61,570 nt of DNA from a virus (Duplodnaviria > Caudoviricetes), in the IMG/VR virus record IMGVR_UViG_3300036853_000133, positions 1 to 61,570 of that record; one strand, 5' to 3'. The notes under the pieces are model-generated. The model made no database searches. It was not told where the DNA came from and saw only the letters and a list, made by a program, of their open reading frames with translations. This document shows, one piece after another, positions 36,053-45,978 of the stretch; the stretch's first letter is position 1; each line of letters begins with the position of its first letter. A program made the position numbers and the translations under genes.

Positions 36053-37195
36053 ATGAACGTCGCCGCAAACACGAAATTACCGATCTCCCCCTATATCCAG
36101 GCAAATCCGACACTGTCGGCCCTCACGTCATTGCGGTTCATCGCCGCTGCCATGATCGTAGCGCTTCATGCCCAAGGCCATTTCGGCATCCCGGCAGGGA
36201 TCGCAAGCACCTATTCGCTCGGCGCAGGTGTAACGATCTTCTTCGTGCTGTCTGGGTTCATCCTGACTTACGTCTACCCGAACCTGCGTGCAAGCGGCGC
36301 GACGCGGCGTTTTCTGGTCGCGCGTGTTGCTCGAATCTGGCCGCTGCACGTAGCCTCCAGCCTATTCGTCATGTGGCTGTTCGGCTGGTTCCAACTCGAT
36401 CAGCAAAACGCCGCTTGGCGTATCGTGATCAACTTGACCATGACGCAGGCATGGATTCCGCTGGCGCAAATCGGTTCGATCAACGGACCGGCATGGACGA
36501 TCTCGACCGAATTCGGTTTCTATCTCCTGTTCCCGTTTCTGATCGCCGACTTCGCCAAGACTTGGTGGTGGAAGCTGTTGATATCCGCCGGTCTCGCTGG
36601 CGTCATGGTTGGTATCACCGCGGCATTTTCGATGCCCTTCGGAGGGAATGAGGGAGTGAACGGGGCCGCGCTTGTCTACATGCACCCCTTCGGCCGCCTG
36701 CTTGAGTTCGTCATCGGCATGTGCACCGCGTTGGCGTGGAGAAGTTTTAAGCCGGCGCGGTCGATGAATGTCTGGTACGGCACCGCGATCGAAATTTCTG
36801 CCGTCGGTGCACTGTTCCTGAGCATCCAGCATCTAACCTTAGGGGACATCAACAATCCGCTGATCCGATGGTACCATACTTCGCTTGAGCCAGCCATGCC
36901 GGCCGCAGCGCTGATCTTCGTGCTCGCCTCCCGCTACGGATGGATCAGCCGCGCGCTCGAATTCAAATGGATCGAGACGCTCGGAGAGGCATCGTATGCC
37001 ATCTACCTCTTACATATGCCGCTGCTTTTGTACTATTGGGGCGTGATCGCGCCATCTCAGGTGCCGCAGTGGGCGCAGCTTTCGATATATTTGTGCGTAC
37101 TTCTAACGGTATCGTTTGTCTTCTGGCAGGGTATCGAGAAGCCAGCGCGCAGAACACTTGTGCGCACGTTTGGCTGCGGCACTCAGTACAACTGA
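36053..37195 (+). CDS. acyltransferase-3 (OafA/Oac-like O-acetylase), lysogenic conversion gene
   Basis: LTSLRFIAA, FFVLSGFIL, RVARIWPL, WTISTEFGFY, LGEASYAIYLLH, IEKP; many TMs. Confidence 0.92.
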   Translation: MNVAANTKLPISPYIQANPTLSALTSLRFIAAAMIVALHAQGHFGIPAGIASTYSLGAGVTIFFVLSGFILTYVYPNLRASGATRRFLVARVARIWPLHVASSLFVMWLFGWFQLDQQNAAWRIVINLTMTQAWIPLAQIGSINGPAWTISTEFGFYLLFPFLIADFAKTWWWKLLISAGLAGVMVGITAAFSMPFGGNEGVNGAALVYMHPFGRLLEFVIGMCTALAWRSFKPARSMNVWYGTAIEISAVGALFLSIQHLTLGDINNPLIRWYHTSLEPAMPAAALIFVLASRYGWISRALEFKWIETLGEASYAIYLLHMPLLLYYWGVIAPSQVPQWAQLSIYLCVLLTVSFVFWQGIEKPARRTLVRTFGCGTQYN

Positions 37196-40100
37196 TAAAT
37201 GTTGAGTTTGGAAATCTCCGCTCCGCCAAGAAAGAGTGGCGAGGGTCCGCTGGAAAATCCGAATAGCTCAATGTAATCGGACGATCCGTTCATCTCTACC
37301 AGAGCCGGAACGGACAACTGCATTGCGTCTGTTGCCGATGTTGGCAGAATGAATTTGTTATACTCCGTCCCGTTTTTATAGATAGCGATTCCGCCATAAG
37401 AACCAGCACCGACAGCGGTGTTCGTTGATCCGACAACAGAGAAGACACCCGCCACGTTCGGCTGAAAGCGATAGTTTGTTGCATTGTCGAACCATCCGTT
37501 GGGGTCAGACACTTCGGTATTGAGTTGGATCTTGACCCACGAACCGGCGGATGGCGTCTGATTGGTCGATCTATATGCATTCAAAACCAGAGCAGACTTG
37601 CCAGCATGCGTGATCGTGTTGCTCGCACCATCGATCGTCTTGTTTGTAACCGTGGCGGTGGATGCCGCTCCAAGCAGCGTGTCTGTTGCGCTGGCTGGAA
37701 GTGTGAAAACACCAGACCCTGCAACAGATGGCGCCTTTATTGATGATGTGCCGCTCGTGAGCCCATTGAGTGCAAGTCCGTTTCCGTCAAGAGACGCGTA
37801 CACACTTCCAAAGCCACGCCCGGACCAGCGGTGCGTTGTCTGGCCCCAGTTCATAAGCGCGCCAGCGGCACTACCCATCGATCCGACAAGCGTGTTGTCG
37901 AAGTCGTAGAAATAGACATTCGAGGCGCCGGTATCCCGCTTGGCGAACGCGCTCGATCCAAACCAATATCCGTCCGTCGTACTCGCAGACGACGCACTAC
38001 TGCCTGTAATGACCTTAGTAGAAGTCACATTCCGAATGGTCGTATCACCACTGGCATCGCGCGACACCAACGTGCTTGCCGTAGCCGCATTGGCGACCCC
38101 TGTGCCTGTCGGAAGACCATTGATGACAGGAGTCGTTAGTGTCTTGTTGGCGAGGGTCTCAGATCCCGACAAAGTCGCCAGGGTGCCCGTGGTGGGCAAC
38201 GTGACGTTTGTCGTTCCTGTCACCGTGAGCGTTAACGCGAACGCACCGGAGGTGACGAGATTTCCACCGAGCGTAATCGTGTTCGATCCATTATTGACCC
38301 CAGTACCGCCCTGCGCCGATGTCGCGACACCGGAGAGGTTACTGAATGCCGGCTGCGCCTTGCTGATTGCTCCGGTCAATGGGTTGATGGCAGTCAGAAA
38401 GTTATTCGAGGCCCCGCTGTCTCCGACCACGGTGGTACCGACCACACCAGCGCTGTTCTTGTCGTGAAACCTCAAATCAGTGCTGTCACCCCAAACATTG
38501 AGCGACCCGGACGCGGGAGAAGACGGCGCAGCAACATTCGTCCAGGTCCACCCAGACGATCCAAGTGATGCGTATGTGCCGCCATATCCGCGAGATGACC
38601 AACGATGTGTCGTCTGCCCCCAATTAATGAGCGGAGTCGCACTACCTCCCAACGCGCCAATCAGTGTATTGTCGTAGTCAAACAATTCAACACCCAGCGC
38701 GCCGCTGTCTCTCTTTGCGAACGCGCTGGCGCCAAACCAGAACCCGTTCTTTGTGTCTCCAGAGGATGAACTGTTGCTGGCCCGAACCGCAGTGTCCGTC
38801 GTTGTGACATTCAGGATGCGACCGAGCAGGCCGGGTGCTCCGATCTGCGGAGCGATGAAGTTAGCGCTCGGCGCACCGCTGGTGTAATTGGCCTCTCCGA
38901 CCTGGTAATCGTTATTTGCGGTCGTATCCTCAATCGTGTTTTGCCCAACTGTAACGCCCGTCGTCAGTGACCCATCCAAGATGACGCTAGCTGAGAGCGT
39001 CGTATCACCGATGTTGCAGTTGCGCAGTTTGTTGCCCTGCGCCGAACCACCGGTCGTTCCCACGAAATAGATGCAGGTGCCGAACGGTGAATCAATCAGA
39101 TTTCCGACCACGCTCGTATTGATCGACGGCGGACCATTGTCCGATGAAACGCTGATGCCGACATCGCCGCTGGTTGAGTCAAACGTCAGATCGTTATTCG
39201 AAATGATGACATTCACACCGGAATCCGTGTGGACCCCTTCGGTGGCTGTGTACCTGATCACATTCCCGGTAATGGAAACACGCGCGCCAAGACCCGAACT
39301 TATGCCGAAATGGCCGGATCCGAGAATTTGATTCTTGCTGACCACAACATCGCTGGCGCCGATGAGTACTATCGCTTGGCTATTCACTGACGCGCTTTTG
39401 TAGAGCGTATTACCCGAAATCGTCAGTCCATTCGGCCCGTTCGACGTATAGGAGTGCGCTCCGCTCTGCGATCCGCTGGTGTTGATCGCGGCGCCGCCCG
39501 ATGTCAGGCTCAGCGTAAACGTATTGGCTGTGGGGACCGTCTTGACATAGTAGACGCGGCCCGACACCAGCGGCGTGTAGAGCGACCCGGTTGAATAGAT
39601 GATGACCGTATCGCCAACGGCGAGCCCATGTGTTGTCTTGGTAAAGACCGCTGGACTTGCCGATGTTACGGTGAACGTCGAGGCAGCAGAGCCATCCGAC
39701 GTTGCAAAGATGCCGCGACCGAATGTTGTGCTTTCGAATCTGTTGTCGAGAACCTGAGTATTTGAACTGCGTCCAACAAGAACCGGAAAGATACCGCTCA
39801 GCGACGAATTCTTGACGACCGCGTCCACCGTCCCCGAGAACAAGACGCCATTCGTGGTCGTATACGTCGAGACATCCACGCTGATCGTGAGATTGTCGAT
39901 TGTGAATCCGGACGTATTGCCGGTGACGCTTACGACCGCCGTGCTGGACGCGTAAGTTCCTCCTGCAATGATGGTGCAATTGCGCAAGCTGCGCGCGGTG
40001 ATCGGAACAACGATTCGCTCGCTGTAAAAGACGCTCCCGGGATTGCAATAGACATCCGACGACGCTGCGAGTGCATTGGCAAATGCCGTTGCATTGCTTG

Positions 40101-40449
40101 CTGCCACGCCGGCCGCGTTGCTATTCGCAACGGCGCCATAATCAACAGGCGTAACACCGCGTTCCTGAAGAGAGGCAGAAACAGTGCGGGTCGTGCCACC
40201 CGTGCCGCTCGGAATCCAGGATACCGACGCCGCCGATGCAGAGCCGCAGACGGGATCGGCGGCAACGCCTGCACCGATCATTGGAACGCCGGCAAGACAT
40301 GGTCCCAAAGTCTTGAACGAACCAGATCCAGCGCCGCGGCTGACAGGAATGCCGTGCTCGGCCACACCCATCTGCGCGAGAACAGGAGACGCAGCAAAGA
40401 CCAGCGCAAGCACAGTGATCGCACGCAGTGCGCGTGTCATGAACGCCAT
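37183..40449 (-). CDS. tailspike/receptor-binding protein (beta-helix plus C1q-like tip)
   Basis: PVDYGA..NATAFANAL, ISGN/ITGN beta-helix repeats, THGLAVGD insert, WFDNATNYRFQPNVAG tip. Confidence 0.8.
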   Translation of the reverse strand: MAFMTRALRAITVLALVFAASPVLAQMGVAEHGIPVSRGAGSGSFKTLGPCLAGVPMIGAGVAADPVCGSASAASVSWIPSGTGGTTRTVSASLQERGVTPVDYGAVANSNAAGVAASNATAFANALAASSDVYCNPGSVFYSERIVVPITARSLRNCTIIAGGTYASSTAVVSVTGNTSGFTIDNLTISVDVSTYTTTNGVLFSGTVDAVVKNSSLSGIFPVLVGRSSNTQVLDNRFESTTFGRGIFATSDGSAASTFTVTSASPAVFTKTTHGLAVGDTVIIYSTGSLYTPLVSGRVYYVKTVPTANTFTLSLTSGGAAINTSGSQSGAHSYTSNGPNGLTISGNTLYKSASVNSQAIVLIGASDVVVSKNQILGSGHFGISSGLGARVSITGNVIRYTATEGVHTDSGVNVIISNNDLTFDSTSGDVGISVSSDNGPPSINTSVVGNLIDSPFGTCIYFVGTTGGSAQGNKLRNCNIGDTTLSASVILDGSLTTGVTVGQNTIEDTTANNDYQVGEANYTSGAPSANFIAPQIGAPGLLGRILNVTTTDTAVRASNSSSSGDTKNGFWFGASAFAKRDSGALGVELFDYDNTLIGALGGSATPLINWGQTTHRWSSRGYGGTYASLGSSGWTWTNVAAPSSPASGSLNVWGDSTDLRFHDKNSAGVVGTTVVGDSGASNNFLTAINPLTGAISKAQPAFSNLSGVATSAQGGTGVNNGSNTITLGGNLVTSGAFALTLTVTGTTNVTLPTTGTLATLSGSETLANKTLTTPVINGLPTGTGVANAATASTLVSRDASGDTTIRNVTSTKVITGSSASSASTTDGYWFGSSAFAKRDTGASNVYFYDFDNTLVGSMGSAAGALMNWGQTTHRWSGRGFGSVYASLDGNGLALNGLTSGTSSIKAPSVAGSGVFTLPASATDTLLGAASTATVTNKTIDGASNTITHAGKSALVLNAYRSTNQTPSAGSWVKIQLNTEVSDPNGWFDNATNYRFQPNVAGVFSVVGSTNTAVGAGSYGGIAIYKNGTEYNKFILPTSATDAMQLSVPALVEMNGSSDYIELFGFSSGPSPLFLGGAEISKLNIYQLY

Positions 40450-40498
40450 GATCTAACCTCTTCAGATGATTTCAGAAATTGAATGGATCGAGCGCGCA

Positions 40499-40978
40499 CT
40501 AGGGCGCGAGGTACCAGCCGCCGAGCGCGGTTGAAGGATAGAGGCTTGCGCCGCCGTTCTGCGTCGCGCTGGAGAAGATATTATAGTTCGCATTCCCCAT
40601 GATGGTTTCAGATCCATCGGGCGTCAGCGTGATCGTATGATCGGTCACCGCTGTTGACCAATCAGATATCCTGAGCGGAATTCCCTGTTGATCCGCTACA
40701 GCAGGAAGTGCCAGTGCGGTCGTAGACGGTGCTGCACGCTGTACGGCGATTGCAGTCGTCTTAGCCGCAATCGTGGCTGAAGCGCCCGTGACCAGAATAG
40801 GTTCGGCTCCGACAGGCAGCAATGCAAAGATTGTCTCCAGCGCCGACTCAACATCGTCGCCCCATTGCTCAATGTCCTGCAATTCCGGACTATGTAATCC
40901 TGACGCCGGAACTCCAGCAGTATTGTATTTTCGCCAGACCTCAGCCGCGAGCGCTATAAAGCTATCGAGAATGCCCAT
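40499..40978 (-). CDS. tail fibre adaptor
   Basis: Shares the WRK..GVP.SGLHSP anchor with the 41549-42319 protein. Confidence 0.6.
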   Translation of the reverse strand: MGILDSFIALAAEVWRKYNTAGVPASGLHSPELQDIEQWGDDVESALETIFALLPVGAEPILVTGASATIAAKTTAIAVQRAAPSTTALALPAVADQQGIPLRISDWSTAVTDHTITLTPDGSETIMGNANYNIFSSATQNGGASLYPSTALGGWYLAP

Positions 40979-40987
40979 GGAGATATC

Positions 40988-41548
40988 TCAACCCAGGACT
41001 TCTGGCCAGATGGCCTTCAGCGCGTCCGGCGTCATTGCATTATCGATATCTGGATGCGCGGTTATATCCCGCAATGTCTGCTTTTCTGCTGCGATGGTAC
41101 GCTTCTGGTCTATATCGCCAGCCTCGTCCGCACGCTGATATGCGACATCGAGTTCTCTCAATTTTGGCCCACGAGCAGATCGCATGCGGTCGCGATGAAT
41201 CTCACGCGCCTTTGACATGTCGATTGATACCAACCGACCCACATCACGAGTCCAAGCCGCACGGAACGTGCGATCGGCCGGAATCAGACTGTCATCGATG
41301 ATGAGTGCCTCTCTGGCCGTCGATGGAACGTCCTTTTCCATAATACGCCGGACGAATTTATCTTCAGTCTCCGCCCATTCAGGCGCAAGATCGACGGTCT
41401 TATAGCGCCTCACAAGCTGATCAAACGGACGCGGCTCGAATTGAACGCGTTTTCCGTCATATGTAATAGCGCGGCAGAGTCGTGCCCAGGGCGCTGGACG
41501 CACGATGCAGACGCGACCATCAGTCGATGTATAGATGATGGCTTTCAT
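40988..41548 (-). CDS. tail fibre assembly chaperone
   Basis: IPADRTFRAAW, DMSKAREIHRD, KQTLRDIT, LKAIWP. Confidence 0.75.
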   Translation of the reverse strand: MKAIIYTSTDGRVCIVRPAPWARLCRAITYDGKRVQFEPRPFDQLVRRYKTVDLAPEWAETEDKFVRRIMEKDVPSTAREALIIDDSLIPADRTFRAAWTRDVGRLVSIDMSKAREIHRDRMRSARGPKLRELDVAYQRADEAGDIDQKRTIAAEKQTLRDITAHPDIDNAMTPDALKAIWPEVLG

Positions 41549-42319
41549 TCACTGATCTCCGAACGCCACGAAGTTATAGGCATTCGGGTCGCCAGATGCG
41601 GCGGCACCCGCAGAAAACGTAACTGCTAAGACGCGGCAATGATCAGTGGCCTTCTCGGCTCCCGCAAACGACTGCCCATGTGTAAAGATACCGGAACTCT
41701 CCGTACCCACGAGGCTGCAATAGTTCGCGCTCGAAAAGTGTGTCGTGAAATTGACCGTTGCATCTCCTGGTCCGTTGTCTCCGATAGAGGACACATTGAA
41801 AGATACGATGTTGTTGCCGGTGACGCCAAAATAAGCCCAGACCTTCGCGGCACTCGGATGCCGATGCTGAACGCCCGGCGTGACAGCAACACCGTTGCTG
41901 GAGGCTGTTTCCTGATCCGATGCGGATGCCTTGGGAAATTCAGAGGTCCAATTGCTTCCCGTGAACGTCAGTCGTGCGGCTTCATCGACGATATAGATCG
42001 CATTTCCGATGGATGGCGTGCGATTGCTCCACAGGACTCCATCCCATTCGGCGATATCATGCTGTAAGTATGTCGACCAATCTCCGTCCGGCGATGATCC
42101 TACGATATATCGCGCTCCCGTGGCAGGGGACACGGGCGGAGTCGAAAGCGAGCGTGTGATGACAGATATTCCAAATCCAACATCCAGAAGGCTCTCGACG
42201 TCGCCAGCCCAAGACTGAATCTCGTTCTGATCCGGAGAATGCAGCCCGGAACTCGGGACGGCATCCGTCACATGCTTGCGCCAAATCTCGACGCCGGATT
42301 GGATCAGATTGAGTGTCAT
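41549..42319 (-). CDS. tail fibre with DUF2793-like domain
   Basis: STPPVSPATGARYIVG..GDW; AKVWAYF..SFNVSSIGDNGPG. Confidence 0.75.
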   Translation of the reverse strand: MTLNLIQSGVEIWRKHVTDAVPSSGLHSPDQNEIQSWAGDVESLLDVGFGISVITRSLSTPPVSPATGARYIVGSSPDGDWSTYLQHDIAEWDGVLWSNRTPSIGNAIYIVDEAARLTFTGSNWTSEFPKASASDQETASSNGVAVTPGVQHRHPSAAKVWAYFGVTGNNIVSFNVSSIGDNGPGDATVNFTTHFSSANYCSLVGTESSGIFTHGQSFAGAEKATDHCRVLAVTFSAGAAASGDPNAYNFVAFGDQ

Positions 42320-42340
42320 CGAAAATCCTACGGGAAAGGA

Positions 42341-44227
42341 TCAGGCCGGATCGACCGCGTCGAACGGCGCAACAACCGCGCTCGTAAAGGCTGATGGCGA
42401 CCCGCTGGGTGCGAAGGCGCGGATCTCGACGTCGAGCGTATAGGCTGGAACGAATGAGCTAGAAATGCTGGTCAGGAACACGGTCTTCACCCGACCGCTC
42501 GTCAATGTTCCGCTCTGCCTTGGAAGCTGCGTAAATGGCGAGCCAGAACCCGTGATGCGATATTGTGCCTGGTAAGTGATATCGGAGCGAACGGGATCAT
42601 CCACTTTGCAGACGATACTGATCTGGGTGCCACTGATCGCCTGCATGTTTGCGGCGAGACCGGTGGGAAGCGGCGGAGGCGGAGACACCAACTTATCGGG
42701 AATCGTCGGTGCCGCGCCTTGTTCCGTTGCAGCATTCCATTCATCGATCGTATCAGGGTCAACCGATATCCAATCGAACGTCACCTGCGCATTGATAAGG
42801 TCGATCTTCATGCCCTGCACTTCGGCCACGAGTCCGTCAAAGACGCCATCGACATCCACCGCATCGATCGTGATCCAGCGCTCGCCAAGACCTTGAAGAC
42901 CATAGAGTGTCGTCTTGATCGATCCGCGCAACGGCGCGTTGACCTTGGCAAGCTTGCGTTTGGAGAGTCTCCTGCCTTGCGAATGTGATTGCACCCACGG
43001 CATGTCGAAGGGCTGCGAACGCGTCTTTCCGCGCGCAGAAATATTCTCTTCGTCGCGCCATGGCTGACCGGGAAGAGTCTTATAATCAGCCAAAGGCTCG
43101 GTGTAGGAGAACGTTATCTCATTCACCAATTCCTCATCCGCGATGCCATCTTGAATGGTAAAGCCGCGGACATGTCGCGAGGGGATCGTAAACTCAGGCT
43201 CGCGATATTTTCCAACCACACAGACTAGACCGCCGGCCCCATCCTCAGAAATCCATCCGTCGCAAGTATCAAGAATTCCCGCAATCACGTTCACTGGATC
43301 GGTATCAAGCGAAAAAAAACCATTCGATGCGTAGCGCGGTTCGATCCCACCATCAGCAAGCAATATCGGTTCGTCGCAAACGTCTGCTTGCGCATTCAAG
43401 GCCTCAATCACCGGGTCGATCAGGATTGACCTTTCAAAGCCCATGCCGATGTCGGCGTCTGTCAGAAACCTTACGAGCTGGAGCACCGGATTTGAGGTTG
43501 ATGTCCATGTCCCGTCATTGTCCACAGACTGTGTTTCATCACGCGGATCATAAACCGGCGTGCAATCTGCAATGATCGAGAGCTGCGGCAGACCACGCGG
43601 GTAGACTTGCGTGAAAGCATCGATGCTGACGCCATGGCAGATCAACAGCGCGGATGCCAACCCGTTGCCCAGATGACTACCGGAGGTCCAGATTTCGGGC
43701 AGCGCTGTGACCGCTGGTCCGTAAGATGTTTCAGATTCAACCCCTAAGCGCGCTTCGATATAGATGACGTCGTTTGCATAACGCCCGTCACCTTGTTCCT
43801 GGACCGTTCCCCCGACGCGTTCCACCACGTCGTCATGCAGGTAATAACCAACGATGTTGAAGATGCGGCCATGGTGAAACACAGTGATGTCGTAAGAATC
43901 CCCATTCTTCTCTTCAAACAACACATAGGTGCCAGCCAATCGCGCGCGGCCGAATGCGACGATCCGTGGCGCAATGGATTGCCGAATCGGAACATGACCG
44001 TTCTCGGCAGGGTTCGCCGATCCAGAAGCAAGCCCAGAGGTCGATTGGTTGCCCGCGTTCTTGGAGAGCAGCGCTTGAATGCCAATCGTTCCGGCCAGGA
44101 TGATGCCTGTCCCAAGGATCGTCGCGCCACTCACTCCTGCAATCGATATCGCGGTAATAGCCGCAGCCGTTTCAGCACTCGCAAGCGCGATGCCTTCAAT
44201 CGCCAATGCACCGACTACTGCTGGCAT
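42341..44227 (-). CDS. tail tip/hub protein (gpJ-like)
   Basis: FGRARLAG, VYDPRD, SNPVL, VQSHSQGRRL. Confidence 0.8.
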   Translation of the reverse strand: MPAVVGALAIEGIALASAETAAAITAISIAGVSGATILGTGIILAGTIGIQALLSKNAGNQSTSGLASGSANPAENGHVPIRQSIAPRIVAFGRARLAGTYVLFEEKNGDSYDITVFHHGRIFNIVGYYLHDDVVERVGGTVQEQGDGRYANDVIYIEARLGVESETSYGPAVTALPEIWTSGSHLGNGLASALLICHGVSIDAFTQVYPRGLPQLSIIADCTPVYDPRDETQSVDNDGTWTSTSNPVLQLVRFLTDADIGMGFERSILIDPVIEALNAQADVCDEPILLADGGIEPRYASNGFFSLDTDPVNVIAGILDTCDGWISEDGAGGLVCVVGKYREPEFTIPSRHVRGFTIQDGIADEELVNEITFSYTEPLADYKTLPGQPWRDEENISARGKTRSQPFDMPWVQSHSQGRRLSKRKLAKVNAPLRGSIKTTLYGLQGLGERWITIDAVDVDGVFDGLVAEVQGMKIDLINAQVTFDWISVDPDTIDEWNAATEQGAAPTIPDKLVSPPPPLPTGLAANMQAISGTQISIVCKVDDPVRSDITYQAQYRITGSGSPFTQLPRQSGTLTSGRVKTVFLTSISSSFVPAYTLDVEIRAFAPSGSPSAFTSAVVAPFDAVDPA

Positions 44228-44230
44228 GAA

Positions 44231-44641
44231 TCAATGCATCTCCAAGTGCCAGACAGCGCAGACGGGAAATGGCGCAGCAGCGATGCTATTCCCATCTGCG
44301 GTCTTGATTGCCCATAGATCCTCGCGCAAACAGATCGCCCCCATCAGGCCGGCGTAAGTCTCCACAATTCCGACATCACCGCGCTGAATCCCATGCGATT
44401 GCGCTATTCCGATCGCGGTCATGCAATGATCCGTATGCGCAACAATCCCACCCGCATGCTTGATGATCCGATATGCGCCGCGTGCGCTGTGATAACTTCC
44501 GCGCCATCCCGACGCCGGATCGCGATCCGTCTTGCGCAGCACCCAGTCCGCAACAGACATGAGACAATCGCACTCGCCCCAGACAAAGGCGCGTGATCTT
44601 AGTTCGGTCAGAAAAAGCGATAACGTATCAGGCGCAGCCAT
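44231..44641 (-). CDS. NlpC/P60-like tail protein
   Basis: FVWGECDCL..WRGSY..RGDVG. Confidence 0.75.
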   Translation of the reverse strand: MAAPDTLSLFLTELRSRAFVWGECDCLMSVADWVLRKTDRDPASGWRGSYHSARGAYRIIKHAGGIVAHTDHCMTAIGIAQSHGIQRGDVGIVETYAGLMGAICLREDLWAIKTADGNSIAAAPFPVCAVWHLEMH

Positions 44642-45240
44642 CAGCTAAACCGCGGCCACACCTTGTTCGAGTCCTGCGCATAGAGTGACGTGCGCTCCAA
44701 GAACCGATCCCCGGGATGACGCAACTGCTGATCCTGATCGGTCAGATAGGAGAGACCGCGCCGACGACGCCCGGTAAAGCGAGATCCGACAGAGAGCGAT
44801 ATCGTGCGGACAATCCCCCCTTCCGCGGTTTCCTGGTTGCGTGTGATATAATCTGCGATGCCACGAAACACCCATTTCGGAGACCCGAGCTGCTGCCAGG
44901 ACGCTCCGAACAGACAAACACCAAGCGCACAAGCCGCACCTTGAATGCTGCGTGCGTCTTCCACAGCAGCTTGCATCGCGCGACCAGACACGCCGGACAC
45001 CATGAATTCAACGCGTGTTGCAACACCATTGATGAGTTGGTCGACGTCCGGGACGTTATTTAGCTCTCCGAACCCGGTATAGATCGCTCCGTTAGCATCC
45101 ATCGCATTCGACGCAACGCGACACGGTCCAACCCCAAGCCAGAGACGAACAACCGGGTCGGTTTCCAGCCGAAAGAAAATCCCAATACGCTGTGTTGAGC
45201 TATCGATTGCGTCGACCTCGTCATCATTGAGAGCAAGCAT
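44641..45240 (-). CDS. minor tail protein
   Basis: VRLWLGVG..YTGFGEL..TDQDQQLRHPGDRF. Confidence 0.75.
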   Translation of the reverse strand: MLALNDDEVDAIDSSTQRIGIFFRLETDPVVRLWLGVGPCRVASNAMDANGAIYTGFGELNNVPDVDQLINGVATRVEFMVSGVSGRAMQAAVEDARSIQGAACALGVCLFGASWQQLGSPKWVFRGIADYITRNQETAEGGIVRTISLSVGSRFTGRRRRGLSYLTDQDQQLRHPGDRFLERTSLYAQDSNKVWPRFS

Positions 45241-45243
45241 GAT

Positions 45244-45978
45244 TCAAGGCACCGGAAACGGCGGGAAGGATTCGATGAAGTTCACGGTCGGACGCGATAC
45301 GTTCGGGCTTTCAAACGTCGCATCCATCGCGTTGCCCGTCGCAAGCCGCATGACAACCTTCGGGCTTTCGAAATTCAGAAATATGCCGGCGGGAGTATCG
45401 GCACGAAGTGGCGGTGTGATCGTGACATTCCACGTGCCGTCACCATTGTCCTTGACTGTACGCACCCGATAGAGCCGATCGCGCAATACCGGATGATTGA
45501 TCGAGAAGTGCTCGCCGCCCTGAAGATCGCCGCCATAGGCGATATCGACCTTGATCGATGTCGCACCCAGCAAAGCTGCAACACTAAGTGTCGCATCGAT
45601 CACGCCGACATGATATCCAACGCCAGAGGCGAACGGCACATCGTCCGTATGCATGACATCCGGATACGATGTCAGCAAACCTCCGCCTCCAGCTGGAAAC
45701 GGCGCATCGTGACTGCATTGCAACGGCACCACGATCGGCGACGCACCTCCATCACATATCGCTGATACCGAACGCCAAGACCGCCGATGTTCCGGATGCC
45801 GTAAATTGAAATTGGACAGCGTTGCCTTCCACGCCCCGCCACCATCTATCCGCGTCACCGGGCTGACCCCCGACGCGGTCTGCCCAGACCCCACAAGCTG
45901 GCTGGTGATCTCCCATGACCACTGCGCGGCCTTGAGCAGCGATGACGGAAAATGAAAGAGCGCGACAGTGGTCATCAC
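45244..45978 (-). CDS. distal tail protein
   Basis: Follows the tape measure gene; ITPPLR motif. Confidence 0.7.
   Translation of the reverse strand: MMTTVALFHFPSSLLKAAQWSWEITSQLVGSGQTASGVSPVTRIDGGGAWKATLSNFNLRHPEHRRSWRSVSAICDGGASPIVVPLQCSHDAPFPAGGGGLLTSYPDVMHTDDVPFASGVGYHVGVIDATLSVAALLGATSIKVDIAYGGDLQGGEHFSINHPVLRDRLYRVRTVKDNGDGTWNVTITPPLRADTPAGIFLNFESPKVVMRLATGNAMDATFESPNVSRPTVNFIESFPPFPVP

Noticed and set aside
37183-40449. Diversity-generating retroelement or invertible tail cassette
   Set aside because: No reverse transcriptase or invertase; the internal repeat differs at many positions, not only at adenines.
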